Assembly (NCBI GenBank): GCA_951812955.1
Contig: OX638340.1
Coordinates: 1,056,001-1,120,000 of the forward strand
DNA: 64,000 nucleotides
Source: an uncultured Gemmatimonadota bacterium
GTDB lineage: Bacteria; JAAXHH01
Reading direction: 5' to 3'
In this document: positions 8,543 through 18,450 of the stretch, in pieces
How positions within the stretch are numbered: the first letter of the stretch is position 1
How the letters are laid out: every line of letters starts with the position of its first letter
Made by a program: the position numbers and the translations under genes
The notes under the pieces: generated by a model
The model's input: only the letters and a program-made list of their open reading frames with translations
Databases searched by the model: none
What the model was told of the DNA's origin: nothing

Positions 8543-10234
8543 TTGAATCAGCCGATCCTCTCGCTCAGCGACCTCGCGTTCACCTACCGCGGCGCCTCGA
8601 AACCGGCGCTCGACCAGATCAGCTACGTTCATCGACGCGGCGAGTTTTCCGTCATCGTCGGCGAGACCGGCGCGGGCAAATCCACCCTGTGCCGATGCCT
8701 CAACGGACTTATCCCGTCCTTCATAAAAGGCAGGCTAGACGGCAGCCTGCAGGTAGCCGGCGGACCGGAGTCCGGCCATCCCCAGGTCTACGAACTGGCC
8801 CGGATAGTCGGCCTGGTCTTCCAGGACTTCGAGGCGCAGCTGTTCTCCACCAACGTGGAGCTGGAAACGGCTTTCGTCCTCGAGAACTTCGCCGTGAACC
8901 GCGACCGGATGCGGACCCGCGTCGAACAGGCCCTGCGCCGGGTGGGTCTGGCGGGCTTCGAACAACGGGATCCCTCCAGCCTGTCGGGCGGCGAGAAACA
9001 GCGGCTGGCCATCGCGTCGGTTCTCGCGGGCAGCCCAGCGCTGGTCGTTATGGATGAACCGACGACCGACCTGGATCCGGTGGGCAAAAGAGACATCTTC
9101 CGGCTTGCCCAGGTTCTGCGGAATGAAATCGAGGGGATCATACTGGTCGAGCACGAGACCGAGCACGTCCTGAGCGCGGACAGGATCCTGCTGATGCACG
9201 AAGGGCGCGTCGTCCTCGAGGGACCGCCCGGCGAGATCCTGGCTGATCCCCGGCGCGTGGAACGGCATGGCGTCCGTCCGCTCCAGACCACCGTGCTCCT
9301 GTCCATGCTGGGCCTTGAAACCGATGCTTTGACCATCCCGGACGCAGTATCCCGTATCAATACGGCCGGGTGGCGCGTCAAGGACGACGCCCAGGAGAGC
9401 CTGAATCGCGCTCGGCAACGAGTAACGGGCGAGCCGGTCGTTCAAATCGAGAACCTTGTTTTCAAATACGGGGAATCACCGCCGGCCGTGGACGGCGTAT
9501 CATTGGAAATCAGGGCGGGTGAATTCGTTGCGCTGGTCGGACAGAACGGTTGCGGTAAGACGACGCTCGCCAAACATCTCAACGGACTCCACGGTCCTAC
9601 GGCCGGCGAGGTCGTGGTCCTGGGCAAATCCACCACCGATTGGACCTTGCCCGAGCTGGGACGCCGCGTGGGCTACGTATTCCAGAATCCCGATCACCAG
9701 ATTTTCGCCAACACCGTGCGGGATGAAGTCGCCTTTGGCGCTCGTAACTACGGATTTTCGGAAGAGACGGTCAGGGTGAAGGTGGACACGGCCCTGGCAG
9801 AAACCGGCCTGTCCGGCCGCGATCTCGAAGACCCTTTCAACCTGACCCGGGGTGAACGGCAGCAACTTGCCGTGGCTTCGGTGCTGGTCACGGATCCCGA
9901 GATCCTGGTCCTGGATGAACCGACGACCGGGCTGGACTACCACGGGCAGGACGCCATTCTTAACCTGATACGGCGGCTCAATGAATCCGGCAGGACCGTG
10001 GTCATCATCACCCATTCCATGTGGGTCGTCGCCGAGTATGCCGACCGCTGCGTCATCATGTCGGGCGGCCGCGTCGTCCAGGATGGAGACGTCCGGTCGT
10101 GTTTCAGAAATCCCGAACTGCTCGAATCGCTTTACCTGGAAGCGCCCGAGGCCGTGCGCCTCGGGTATGAATTCGGACTCGTGGCACGCTCCGCCAGGGA
10201 GATCGCGGACTGCCTCGAGCGCCCGGATGGTTAA
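8543..10234 (+). CDS. ECF/cobalt-type ABC transporter ATP-binding protein with duplicated ATPase domains (EcfA1-EcfA2 fusion)
   Basis: Two Walker A sites (GETGAGKST, GQNGCGKTT), two LSGGE signatures and two Walker B sites. Start moved to the in-frame TTG at 8543 (M-NQPILSLSDLAFTYRG), because the ATG at 8465 sits inside the promoter. Confidence 0.75.
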   Translation: MNQPILSLSDLAFTYRGASKPALDQISYVHRRGEFSVIVGETGAGKSTLCRCLNGLIPSFIKGRLDGSLQVAGGPESGHPQVYELARIVGLVFQDFEAQLFSTNVELETAFVLENFAVNRDRMRTRVEQALRRVGLAGFEQRDPSSLSGGEKQRLAIASVLAGSPALVVMDEPTTDLDPVGKRDIFRLAQVLRNEIEGIILVEHETEHVLSADRILLMHEGRVVLEGPPGEILADPRRVERHGVRPLQTTVLLSMLGLETDALTIPDAVSRINTAGWRVKDDAQESLNRARQRVTGEPVVQIENLVFKYGESPPAVDGVSLEIRAGEFVALVGQNGCGKTTLAKHLNGLHGPTAGEVVVLGKSTTDWTLPELGRRVGYVFQNPDHQIFANTVRDEVAFGARNYGFSEETVRVKVDTALAETGLSGRDLEDPFNLTRGERQQLAVASVLVTDPEILVLDEPTTGLDYHGQDAILNLIRRLNESGRTVVIITHSMWVVAEYADRCVIMSGGRVVQDGDVRSCFRNPELLESLYLEAPEAVRLGYEFGLVARSAREIADCLERPDG

Positions 10235-10329
10235 GCGCTGACCGAAAAGGACTGCGGCAGGCCAGTCGGAACGGCTGTCGAACCACGGCGGATCGTTCGG
10301 ATCGCCGTTCTGGATCAATCGGACCGCAT

Positions 10330-11085
10330 ATGGTACTGTACATACCTTCGGATACCCTGTTGCACCGGCTCCATCCCTCGACCAAAATCGTGGGCCTGGC
10401 GCTGTTGCTGATCCTCACGGTGGCGTTCCAGTCGCCCTGGTACCAGTTGGCTATCCTGTCCGGTGTGCTGTTTCTGGCATGGGCGTCCGGTGCGTTCAGA
10501 AACCTCCGGCGGATTCTTCCGCTCATGATCACCGTGCTGGTATTCAGCGTCGTCTCCTGGTCGCTGTTCAGACGCGTCGGAGAACCGTTCTGGGCCTTTG
10601 GTCCGTTTACCCTCTCCGTGGAGTCCATCCGGTTCGGGTTCGCCATGGGGCTGCGACTCGAGGCCATGCTCGTCTCCGGCATGATCTTCGTATCCTGCAC
10701 GAAAGTGGAGGAGTTCGCCTACGGCTTAAGGTCCATCGGGCTGCCTTTCGCCGTGAGTTTCGCGCTGTCTCTTGCATTTCGGCTCGTCCCCCTGTTTTTT
10801 ACCCGTATAGGCACGGTCGTCCAGGCCCAGCAGGCAAGGGGACTCGATCTCAAGAGCGGAAACGTACTGCAGCGGGCCCGCAAGTACGTGCCGCTGCTGG
10901 TGCCGATTTTCGTCTATGCGATCCGGGATACCGACCTGCTGTCCATGGCGCTCGAATCAAGGGGCTTCGGGATGCGGGGCAAGAGAACGGAATTCCTTTC
11001 TTTTCCCTTCCTCTGGCGCGATTATGCCATATTGGGCACACTGCTGATCCTGAACCTTGCGGGCTGGCTGATTCAAGTTCCGTGA
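10330..11085 (+). CDS. ecfT: Energy-coupling-factor transporter transmembrane protein (EcfT/CbiQ family)
   Basis: 251 aa, 5-6 TM helices, CbiQ-like. Immediately follows the duplicated EcfA gene. Confidence 0.7.
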   Translation: MVLYIPSDTLLHRLHPSTKIVGLALLLILTVAFQSPWYQLAILSGVLFLAWASGAFRNLRRILPLMITVLVFSVVSWSLFRRVGEPFWAFGPFTLSVESIRFGFAMGLRLEAMLVSGMIFVSCTKVEEFAYGLRSIGLPFAVSFALSLAFRLVPLFFTRIGTVVQAQQARGLDLKSGNVLQRARKYVPLLVPIFVYAIRDTDLLSMALESRGFGMRGKRTEFLSFPFLWRDYAILGTLLILNLAGWLIQVP

Positions 11086-11121
11086 GCGATCCATCGCGAG
11101 AAGCTACCGGAAAGGAAAACG

Positions 11122-12240
11122 ATGGACAGACGATACAGGGCAGGGGTTATCGGGCGCACCGGCAAGGGTAATTACGGCCATGGCCTGGATACGGTCTACC
11201 TCGGCATGGAACACGTAGACATCATCGCCGTGGCCGACGACGATCCGGATGGCCTGCGGGACGCGGGCCGTCGGCTGGGCGTGCAGAACCTGTACACCGA
11301 CTACAGGGAGATGCTGCGAAACGAGTGGTTCGACATCGTCAGCATCTGTCCCCGATGGCTCGACCAACACGCCGCAATGACCCTGGCCGTCGCGGAAGCG
11401 GGCGCGAGCATCTTCCTCGAAAAGCCCATCGCCCGAACGCTGTCCGAAGCTGACGCCATGATAGAAGCCTGCGAGAAGGCGGGTGTGGTGATGGGCATCG
11501 CCCACCAGGGCCGCATGCACGCGGCCGCGTGGCGTGCCCGGCAATTACTCGCCGAAGGCGCAATCGGAGACATTCTCCACGTACGGATGAATGGCAAGGA
11601 GGACCATCGCGGTGGCGGGGAGGACCTCATGGTGCTGGGTACCCACCTTTTCGACATGCTCCGGTTTCTCCTGGGCAGAAACCCCGCCTGGGTGCAGGCG
11701 GCGGTAACCGTGGACGGCGGCCGTTCCGCGACCCTGGAGGACGCCGGGGAGGGTCCGGAAGAACTGGGACTGATCGCGGGAGACGCCATCCACGCGATGT
11801 ACGGTTTCGGGCACGGTGTGACGGCCACTTTCGAAACGCGCCGCAACCAATCGAGCCATCCTCAACGGTACGGCATGTGGGTTTTCGGGTCGGAGGGCAT
11901 CATGACCGTCCACGAGTCCTCCCAGCAGATCCGGATTTATGAATCCCCGGTCTGGCATCCGGATGAAGGCGCGGCCATTCGCGACGTCACCGCGGAAACT
12001 CTCGAACTCGCGCCTTCTGCGCAGCCCTCCATGGGCGCGCTCCAGGCGGCGGCCAATGTCGCCATCGTCCGCGACGTGTTCGAGGCGGTACGGGATGGAC
12101 GCAGGCCGGTAAACAGCGGTTATGACGGGCGCTGGGCACTGGAAATGATACACGGCGTCTACGCCGCCCACCTGACGGGAAGCCGAATCGCCCTGCCGCT
12201 GGAAAACCGGGACCACCCGCTGTTGCCGAACCTCATCTAG
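11122..12240 (+). CDS. Gfo/Idh/MocA family NAD(P)-dependent oxidoreductase
   Basis: N-terminal Rossmann motif AGVIGRTGKGNYGHG, 372 aa. RBS GGAAAGGAAAACG upstream. Confidence 0.8.
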   Translation: MDRRYRAGVIGRTGKGNYGHGLDTVYLGMEHVDIIAVADDDPDGLRDAGRRLGVQNLYTDYREMLRNEWFDIVSICPRWLDQHAAMTLAVAEAGASIFLEKPIARTLSEADAMIEACEKAGVVMGIAHQGRMHAAAWRARQLLAEGAIGDILHVRMNGKEDHRGGGEDLMVLGTHLFDMLRFLLGRNPAWVQAAVTVDGGRSATLEDAGEGPEELGLIAGDAIHAMYGFGHGVTATFETRRNQSSHPQRYGMWVFGSEGIMTVHESSQQIRIYESPVWHPDEGAAIRDVTAETLELAPSAQPSMGALQAAANVAIVRDVFEAVRDGRRPVNSGYDGRWALEMIHGVYAAHLTGSRIALPLENRDHPLLPNLI

Positions 12241-12264
12241 GCAGGCCTCCGTGCAGGATTCACC

Positions 12265-13461
12265 ATGAAGATCACCCGTATCCGAATCACGCCGGTCAAG
12301 ACACCCGGTCCGGAATCACGCCCTTTCGTCATCCATTCCATCAATCCGATCTACCATTACCCCGACCTCAAATACGACGCACCGCCGGAAACCAGGCCGA
12401 AGCAGCCAGACGGCCCCGGATCGCTCGTCATCGAAATCGAAACGGACGAGGGCGTGACCGGCGTCTCGCAGAAGGGCTATGGCCTGCCCGGCGTATATTC
12501 CGTCCTGGAAAATGTCCTCGCTCCCCTGCTGATCGGAGAGGACCCCATGCGCACGGACTGGCTGTGGGAAAAAATGCACCGGTACTGCATATCCCAGGCG
12601 CGGGAAGGGATTACCAGCAGCGCCATCAGCGCCGTCGATACAGCCCTTTGGGACCTGAAGGGGCGGTATCTGAACCAGCCGGTATACAACCTGCTCGGAG
12701 GGAAGACGAAAGACCGCCTGCGCGCTTACGCGAGCCGGCTGTACGTATACGCCAGCGACCGGGGCGACCCGGACCTGGGACTCCTGAGGGAAGAGGCGTC
12801 GATGTACGTTGAACAGGGCTTTACGGCCGTGAAACAACGGTTCGGATTCAATCAGGACGACGGCGTGGAAGGCATGCGCAAGAACCGGCGCGTAGTCGAG
12901 GCACTTCGCGAAACAATCGGGGCGGACGTCGAACAGATGGTGGACTGCTGCCGTTCCTTCACTGCCGATTACGCGATCAGGATGATCCGCATGGTAGAGG
13001 AATTCGACCTCGCCTGGGTGGAAGAACCGGTCCATCCCCACGACTGGCCCGGTTACGTGAAGGTACGGCAGGCCGTGTCCATGCCGATATCGGGAGGAGA
13101 AAACGAGTTCGGCAAGCACGCCTTCGCACGGTGGCTCGAGATGGGTTGCGCCGACATCTGGCAGCCCGACACGGACCGTTGCGCGGGCATAACGGAGGTA
13201 CAGAAAATAGTCCATCTTGCCGCGGCGAACGATATCCCGGTCATCGCGCACGGCGGGTGGATGGCCAACTTCCACCTCGCCATGGCCAACATGAACATGC
13301 CCATGATCGAGTATTTCCCGGACCACAACCTGGATCCGGAAACGCAGATTCTCACCGGACAACCCCGTCCCGAGGACGGATACATCACGCTATCCGATGC
13401 GCCGGGCCTGGGATTGGAACTGAACAGGGACGCGCTGAATCGATTTACCTGGAACGGGTGA
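12265..13461 (+). CDS. Enolase-superfamily dehydratase (mandelate racemase/muconate lactonizing enzyme family, D-mannonate/galactonate dehydratase-like)
   Basis: 398 aa. MKITRIRITPVKTP N-terminus plus MR/MLE capping and barrel domains. Confidence 0.75.
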   Translation: MKITRIRITPVKTPGPESRPFVIHSINPIYHYPDLKYDAPPETRPKQPDGPGSLVIEIETDEGVTGVSQKGYGLPGVYSVLENVLAPLLIGEDPMRTDWLWEKMHRYCISQAREGITSSAISAVDTALWDLKGRYLNQPVYNLLGGKTKDRLRAYASRLYVYASDRGDPDLGLLREEASMYVEQGFTAVKQRFGFNQDDGVEGMRKNRRVVEALRETIGADVEQMVDCCRSFTADYAIRMIRMVEEFDLAWVEEPVHPHDWPGYVKVRQAVSMPISGGENEFGKHAFARWLEMGCADIWQPDTDRCAGITEVQKIVHLAAANDIPVIAHGGWMANFHLAMANMNMPMIEYFPDHNLDPETQILTGQPRPEDGYITLSDAPGLGLELNRDALNRFTWNG

Positions 13462-15128
13462 TGGATGGGATCGGTATCACAGAAGGGATCAGCATGACTG
13501 AGCATCCGAGACAAAGTCCACTCGCTTCGGACGGTCTATCCGGTGCATCCTGCCGCGACGCGCTGGGCCGCATCGGCCTGCCGGAGTCGGTATCGTCGCT
13601 CGCGAATCGCACGTGGGACGTGATCGTGGTGGGCGCCGGTCACAACGGCCTGACCTGCGCGGCCTACCTGGCCCGCGCGGGCAAGCGGGTGCTGGTCCTG
13701 GAAGCGCGCGAACGTGTGGGAGGCGCCTGCACGCTCGAGGAAACCTGGCCGGGATACCGCATGTCACCCTGCGCCTACCTCGCAGGCCTGCTGCACCCGC
13801 TGGTGATCGACGAACTTGAACTCGCCCGGTATGGCTATCGCTGGACGCCGGCGGCGGCGGGCATGTTCGTCCCCTTCGAGGATGGATCGAGCGTCCAATT
13901 GTGGGAGGACGACGAACGCTGCCGGGAAGAGATCCGCCGCCTTTCGCCACGCGACGTGGAAGGCTTCGAAGCCATGTACGCGCCGATGAAACGCATACGC
14001 GAGGCCCTGCGTCCGCCTGGAAAAGACGATATATGGATCGGGCGCGCGCCGACCCGGGAGCAGATCGAAACGCGTCTTCGAGGTGACCGGGAAGCGATCG
14101 ATCTGCTCTTTGAATGGTCCATGGTCGAGTACGTCGAGCGGTACCTCGAAGACGAAAGGCTGCGCATGGCGTTGATCGGCCAGGGTGTGATCGGGACGAA
14201 CGCCAGCCCCTTCGAACCAGGAACCGCATCGGTACACGTTTTTCACTCCACGGGAACCATGGGAGGCATGCCTGGCATGTGGGGGTACGTGGAAGGCGGC
14301 ATGGGCATGGTGTCGTTTATATTGTGCGACATTGCCCGGGACGCGGGGGCCGTGGTTGCCGCGGGCGTGCCCGTCGGCCGCATTCTGCCGGGTGAGGGGG
14401 TGGAATTGGAGGGCGGCGAACGCCTCCGCGCGCCCGCCGTCGTGTCGAACGCCGATCCCAGGGTGACGTCGTGCCTTCTGGGAGACCAGGCCGATGTGAC
14501 CTGGAAGGCCCGTGTGGAATCCATACCCCAGACCGGTGCGACCGTCAAGATCAACTTGGGCCTGAGCGAGTTGCCGGACTTTACCAGCAGGCCTGGCACG
14601 GACGAAGATCATCACCGCGGGCAGGTAAATATCCCCTTGACTGCGCAACAGTGGCATGCGAATCACGCTTTGGCGGGGGAGGGTCGGCTGCCCCCGCGCC
14701 TATGGGAAGAACTGTACTTTCACACCGCCCACGACGGCAGCGTGGCGCCACCCGGCCGTCAAACCATGAGCATATTCGCCCAGTTCGTTCCTTACGAATT
14801 CGCGGTGGGCGACTGGGATACCCGGCGGGACGAAGTGGGCAGGCTGGCGCTGGACTCGCTCGGTCGCTTCTGCAGCAACATTCCCGACGCCGTACTGTAC
14901 ATGGACGTCATGGGTCCGCCGGACATCGAGAAGAAGGTGGGGCTGACCGGAGGCCATATCTTCCAGGGCGAGATACTTCCTGCCTACATGTGGGAAAGAC
15001 GGCTCGAGCCCCGAACCCCTATGCCCGGGGTCTATCTCTGTGGGGCGTGCACCCATCCGGGGGGCAGCGTAATCGCCATCAACGGACGAAACGCCGCGAT
15101 GGAAGTGCTGGGGATGTACGAAGGTTAG
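13461..15128 (+). CDS. FAD/NAD(P)-dependent oxidoreductase, phytoene-desaturase (CrtI)-like family
   Basis: Dinucleotide-binding motif DVIVVGAGHNGLTCAAYLARAG. ATG at 13461 overlaps the upstream stop (TGATG). The tool's ORF start at 13131 overlaps the upstream gene and is rejected. Confidence 0.7.
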   Translation: MDGIGITEGISMTEHPRQSPLASDGLSGASCRDALGRIGLPESVSSLANRTWDVIVVGAGHNGLTCAAYLARAGKRVLVLEARERVGGACTLEETWPGYRMSPCAYLAGLLHPLVIDELELARYGYRWTPAAAGMFVPFEDGSSVQLWEDDERCREEIRRLSPRDVEGFEAMYAPMKRIREALRPPGKDDIWIGRAPTREQIETRLRGDREAIDLLFEWSMVEYVERYLEDERLRMALIGQGVIGTNASPFEPGTASVHVFHSTGTMGGMPGMWGYVEGGMGMVSFILCDIARDAGAVVAAGVPVGRILPGEGVELEGGERLRAPAVVSNADPRVTSCLLGDQADVTWKARVESIPQTGATVKINLGLSELPDFTSRPGTDEDHHRGQVNIPLTAQQWHANHALAGEGRLPPRLWEELYFHTAHDGSVAPPGRQTMSIFAQFVPYEFAVGDWDTRRDEVGRLALDSLGRFCSNIPDAVLYMDVMGPPDIEKKVGLTGGHIFQGEILPAYMWERRLEPRTPMPGVYLCGACTHPGGSVIAINGRNAAMEVLGMYEG

Positions 15129-15156
15129 GTAACGGGATCAGTAGGCCTGGGCGTAA

Positions 15157-16584
15157 TCAGTAGGCCTGGGCGTAGGCGACCATGCGCTCCGAAGGACCAC
15201 CGCAATACGCGCAGGCACCCGTAACGGCATCCCAGTGCATGGGGACGCACCGGATCGTGTTCCGGGTCTCCTCTTTAATCGCGGCTTCGCAAGCCGGATC
15301 GCCGCACCAGTGGGCATGGATGAATCCGCCGTCGCCGTTCGCGGCTGTCACAAATGAATCGCGTTCCTGGATCTCCTGGGAACGTGATTCGCGGAAAGTC
15401 AGGGCGCGCTGGAACATGTCCCGCTGCACCGTCTGCAGCAAGTCTCCGACCCGGCCTCCCAGAGACTCGAGGGGTACAAACTCCTTCTCGCCCGTGTCCC
15501 TGCGTACGACTACGGCCTGGCCGGACGCGATATCACGCGGACCGAGTTCCACGCGCAGCGGAACGCCCTTCGTTTCCCACTCGGTGAACTTCCAGCCCAG
15601 GCCGAACTGCTCGCGGTCGTCGACCTTCACCCGCACGCCTTCCAGCGTTTCGAGCAGCCGGTCGACGGCTTCCCGGACGACGGCCTGCTCCTCGTCGGAT
15701 TTCGCGATGGGAATGACCACGACCTGGTGAGGCGCCAGGCGGGGCGGCAGCACCAGCCCCCTGTCGTCGCCATGGGCCATGATGATCGCGCCGACGGTCC
15801 GGGTGCTCATCCCCCAACTCGTCTGGTACACGTACTCTCGCGAACCGTCCCGCGTCTGAAAATCGATATTGAAGGCGCGGGAGAAGTTCTGCCCCAGGTT
15901 GTGCGACGTGCCCATCTGAAGGGCCTTGCCATCCTTCATCATGCCTTCGATGGCGTAGGTCTGCAGCGCGCCTGGGAATTTCTCGGCGTCTGTTTTCGGA
16001 CCGTATAGCACCGGAATCGCCATGTAGTCTTCGGCGAAGGTGCGGTATATGTCCAGGATGCGCAGGGTTTCCTCTTCTGCCTCTTCCGCCGTGGCGTGTG
16101 CCGTGTGTCCTTCCTGCCAGAGGAATTCCGTCGTGCGCAGGAAGGCCCTGGGACGGAGTTCCCACCGGAAGACGTTGGCCCACTGGTTGATGAGCAGGGG
16201 CAGGTCGCGATAGGACTGGATCCACCTGGCGTACATGTCCGCTATGATGGTCTCTGAAGTCGGGCGGACCATGAGGTTTTCTTCGAGCTTCTTGCCCCCG
16301 CCGTGCGTAACCACGGCGCATTCGGGAGAAAACCCCTCCACGTGTTCGGCTTCTTTCTGGAAGAAACTGTCGGGGATCAACAGAGGGAAATAGGCGTTCA
16401 CGTGACCGGTGTCCTTGAACATCCGGTCCAGTTCCGCCACCATGTTTTCCCAAAGTGCGAATCCGTATGGCCGGATGACCATGCAGCCGCGGGTCGGCGC
16501 GTTGTCGGCCAGTTCGGCTTTCGCGATCACTTCATTGTACCAGGCTGAGAAATCGTCCGCCTGCGCGGTCAACTTTTTTGCCAT
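15157..16584 (-). CDS. proS: Proline--tRNA ligase (archaeal/eukaryotic-type ProRS)
   Basis: 475 aa with class II aaRS motifs. N-terminus MAKKLTAQADDFSAWYNEVIAKAEL is typical of type-3 ProRS. Confidence 0.85.
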   Translation of the reverse strand: MAKKLTAQADDFSAWYNEVIAKAELADNAPTRGCMVIRPYGFALWENMVAELDRMFKDTGHVNAYFPLLIPDSFFQKEAEHVEGFSPECAVVTHGGGKKLEENLMVRPTSETIIADMYARWIQSYRDLPLLINQWANVFRWELRPRAFLRTTEFLWQEGHTAHATAEEAEEETLRILDIYRTFAEDYMAIPVLYGPKTDAEKFPGALQTYAIEGMMKDGKALQMGTSHNLGQNFSRAFNIDFQTRDGSREYVYQTSWGMSTRTVGAIIMAHGDDRGLVLPPRLAPHQVVVIPIAKSDEEQAVVREAVDRLLETLEGVRVKVDDREQFGLGWKFTEWETKGVPLRVELGPRDIASGQAVVVRRDTGEKEFVPLESLGGRVGDLLQTVQRDMFQRALTFRESRSQEIQERDSFVTAANGDGGFIHAHWCGDPACEAAIKEETRNTIRCVPMHWDAVTGACAYCGGPSERMVAYAQAY

Positions 16585-16692
16585 TTTTCCGCTCCGGTAT
16601 CCTTGAGCTGTCTTACGTTACACGCTGTAACCCGCACCGCGCCGCACCACCACCTATAACCCGGTTCGTCACGATCCGCCGGGACGGCAAGT

Positions 16693-17103
16693 CTACCCCG
16701 ATTCCACCTTTTCGTCCGAGGTCATCGCGAGATAGAACCGCCCGATCTCCACTTCGAAATTCCGGCCGTCCGCATCCTGCATTTCATATTCGCCTTCCAT
16801 GGTGCCCCACTCCGTGTCCAGGGGGCAAAGGCTCTGGTATTCGTGGCTTTCCCCCGGTTCGAACTCGGGCTGCAACCCCACAACGCCCGGGCCTCTGATT
16901 TCGCTGCGTTTTCCGTCGGCATTGATGATGACCCAGTGACGGTTGATCAGTTTCACCCACTGCTCGCTGCCATTGGTGATGACGATACGGTACGCGAACA
17001 CATACTGGTCCCGCCCGGGATCGGAATGGTCGGGAAGGTAGCCAGGATAAACCTGGACACGTATACCATGGGTGATCGTGTCGGAATCCAGTGGTGTCGC
17101 CAT
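16693..17103 (-). CDS. apaG: ApaG (DUF525) protein
   Basis: ~136 aa. GIRVQVYPGYLPDHSDP...YVFAYRIVITNGSE matches the ApaG fold. Start trimmed to MATPLDSD. Confidence 0.75.
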   Translation of the reverse strand: MATPLDSDTITHGIRVQVYPGYLPDHSDPGRDQYVFAYRIVITNGSEQWVKLINRHWVIINADGKRSEIRGPGVVGLQPEFEPGESHEYQSLCPLDTEWGTMEGEYEMQDADGRNFEVEIGRFYLAMTSDEKVESG

Positions 17104-17228
17104 CGAACCGCTCCGCGGAAATGACCTTGAAAATCGAAGATGCATAAGATAAATACCGGGGGATGAAACGACAAATAAAATCCGACTCGGAAATCGATCC
17201 CGGCTTCAGAGGCCGTGCCAAAAACACC

Positions 17229-17257
17229 TTGACACTACAGGGTCGTATCTCTATTCT
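17229..17257 (+). promoter_or_regulatory. Candidate sigma70-type promoter for citrate synthase (TTGACA, 17 nt, TATTCT)
   Basis: TTGACActacagggtcgtatctcTATTCT, about 40 nt upstream of the ATG at 17298. Confidence 0.4.
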
Positions 17258-17297
17258 GTCCACGGCATAAAACAGTATCACGCGGGGAAGAATCGGA

Positions 17298-18419
17298 ATG
17301 GTCAATCAAGGCCTGGAAGGCGTCGTAGCCGCACAGTCGGCCATCTGTTTTATCGATGGCCAGCAGGGCAGAATGCTCTACCGGGGCCACGACATTCACG
17401 ACCTGGCCACCCATTCGAGTTTCGAGGAAACCGCCTACCTGCTGTGGCACGGCATCCTGCCCGGTCCAGGCCGGTTGGCGGAACTCGAAGAGCAGCTTCT
17501 AACCGGTAGAACCCTGCCTTTCGAAGTCATGGAACTGCTGCGGGCGATTCCGCGGGACACGGCGCCCATGGACGTGCTCCGTTCCGCGGTCTCGTTCCTT
17601 GCCGCGTACGACCCGGACGTGGCGAACCATTCCCGCGAAGCGAACCTGCGCAAAGCCGTCCGCCTGACCGCCCAACTCGCATCCATAACCACGGCCTGGC
17701 ACCGGATCTCGAACGACGAACCTCCTGTGGATCCGAATCCCGGTCTCGGCCACGCGGCGAATTTCCTTTACATGCTGAGCGGTGCGGAACCGGAACCCGA
17801 GCATGCGAGGGCCTTTGACGTCGCCATGATACTGCACGCCGACCATGAGTTGAACGCGTCCACCTTCTCCGCCCGGGTAACCGCGGCCACGCTTTCGGAC
17901 ATGCATTCTGCGGTCACGTCGGCCATCGGCACGCTCAAGGGCCCACTGCACGGAGGCGCCAACAAGGACGTGATGGATATGCTTTACGAGATCCGGGAGA
18001 TCTCCCGTGCCGAGGATTACGTCAGAGAGAAACTGGCCGCGAGAGAAAAAATCCCCGGTTTCGGTCACCGTGTCTACAAGACGGAAGATCCCCGGGCGAC
18101 GCACCTGCGACGACTTTCCAAGGACCTGGGCAGGAGTGCGGGCGACCTGAAGTGGTTTGAAATGTCCCGTGTGATCGAGAAAACGATGATGGAAGTGAAG
18201 GGCATTGCCTGCAACGTGGACTTCTATTCCGGTTCGGTATACACCACCATGGGCATTCCGGCTCGGTTGTTCACGCCCGTTTTCGCCTGCGGCCGCATCA
18301 CCGGTTGGACCGCCCATCTCCTCGAACAGTACGCCGATAACCGGATCATCCGTCCCGTGGGAGAGTACACGGGGCCGACCGAAGCCCGGTATATACCCAT
18401 GGATGGGCGCCCCGCCTGA
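17298..18419 (+). CDS. Citrate synthase (short ~373-aa type)
   Basis: GLEGVVAAQSAI...MLYRGHDIHDLA and the rest match citrate synthase family motifs. Confidence 0.85.
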   Translation: MVNQGLEGVVAAQSAICFIDGQQGRMLYRGHDIHDLATHSSFEETAYLLWHGILPGPGRLAELEEQLLTGRTLPFEVMELLRAIPRDTAPMDVLRSAVSFLAAYDPDVANHSREANLRKAVRLTAQLASITTAWHRISNDEPPVDPNPGLGHAANFLYMLSGAEPEPEHARAFDVAMILHADHELNASTFSARVTAATLSDMHSAVTSAIGTLKGPLHGGANKDVMDMLYEIREISRAEDYVREKLAAREKIPGFGHRVYKTEDPRATHLRRLSKDLGRSAGDLKWFEMSRVIEKTMMEVKGIACNVDFYSGSVYTTMGIPARLFTPVFACGRITGWTAHLLEQYADNRIIRPVGEYTGPTEARYIPMDGRPA

Positions 18420-18450
18420 GAAGCGGAACGCCCGATCGGTGACATGTCAT

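Noticed and set aside
13131-13460. 5' extension of the FAD-oxidoreductase ORF
   Set aside because: It overlaps the 3' end of the enolase-superfamily gene. The Rossmann motif begins right after the ATG at 13461, which overlaps the upstream stop.
15533-16453. 306-aa minus-strand ORF (GR-rich) overlapping proS in another frame
   Set aside because: Extreme Gly/Arg/Pro low-complexity sequence. It is an alternative frame of a conserved essential gene.
18205-18450. 5' extension of the OMP ORF overlapping citrate synthase
   Set aside because: The signal peptide begins at Met 18451. The upstream part is an alternative frame of gltA-like gene.
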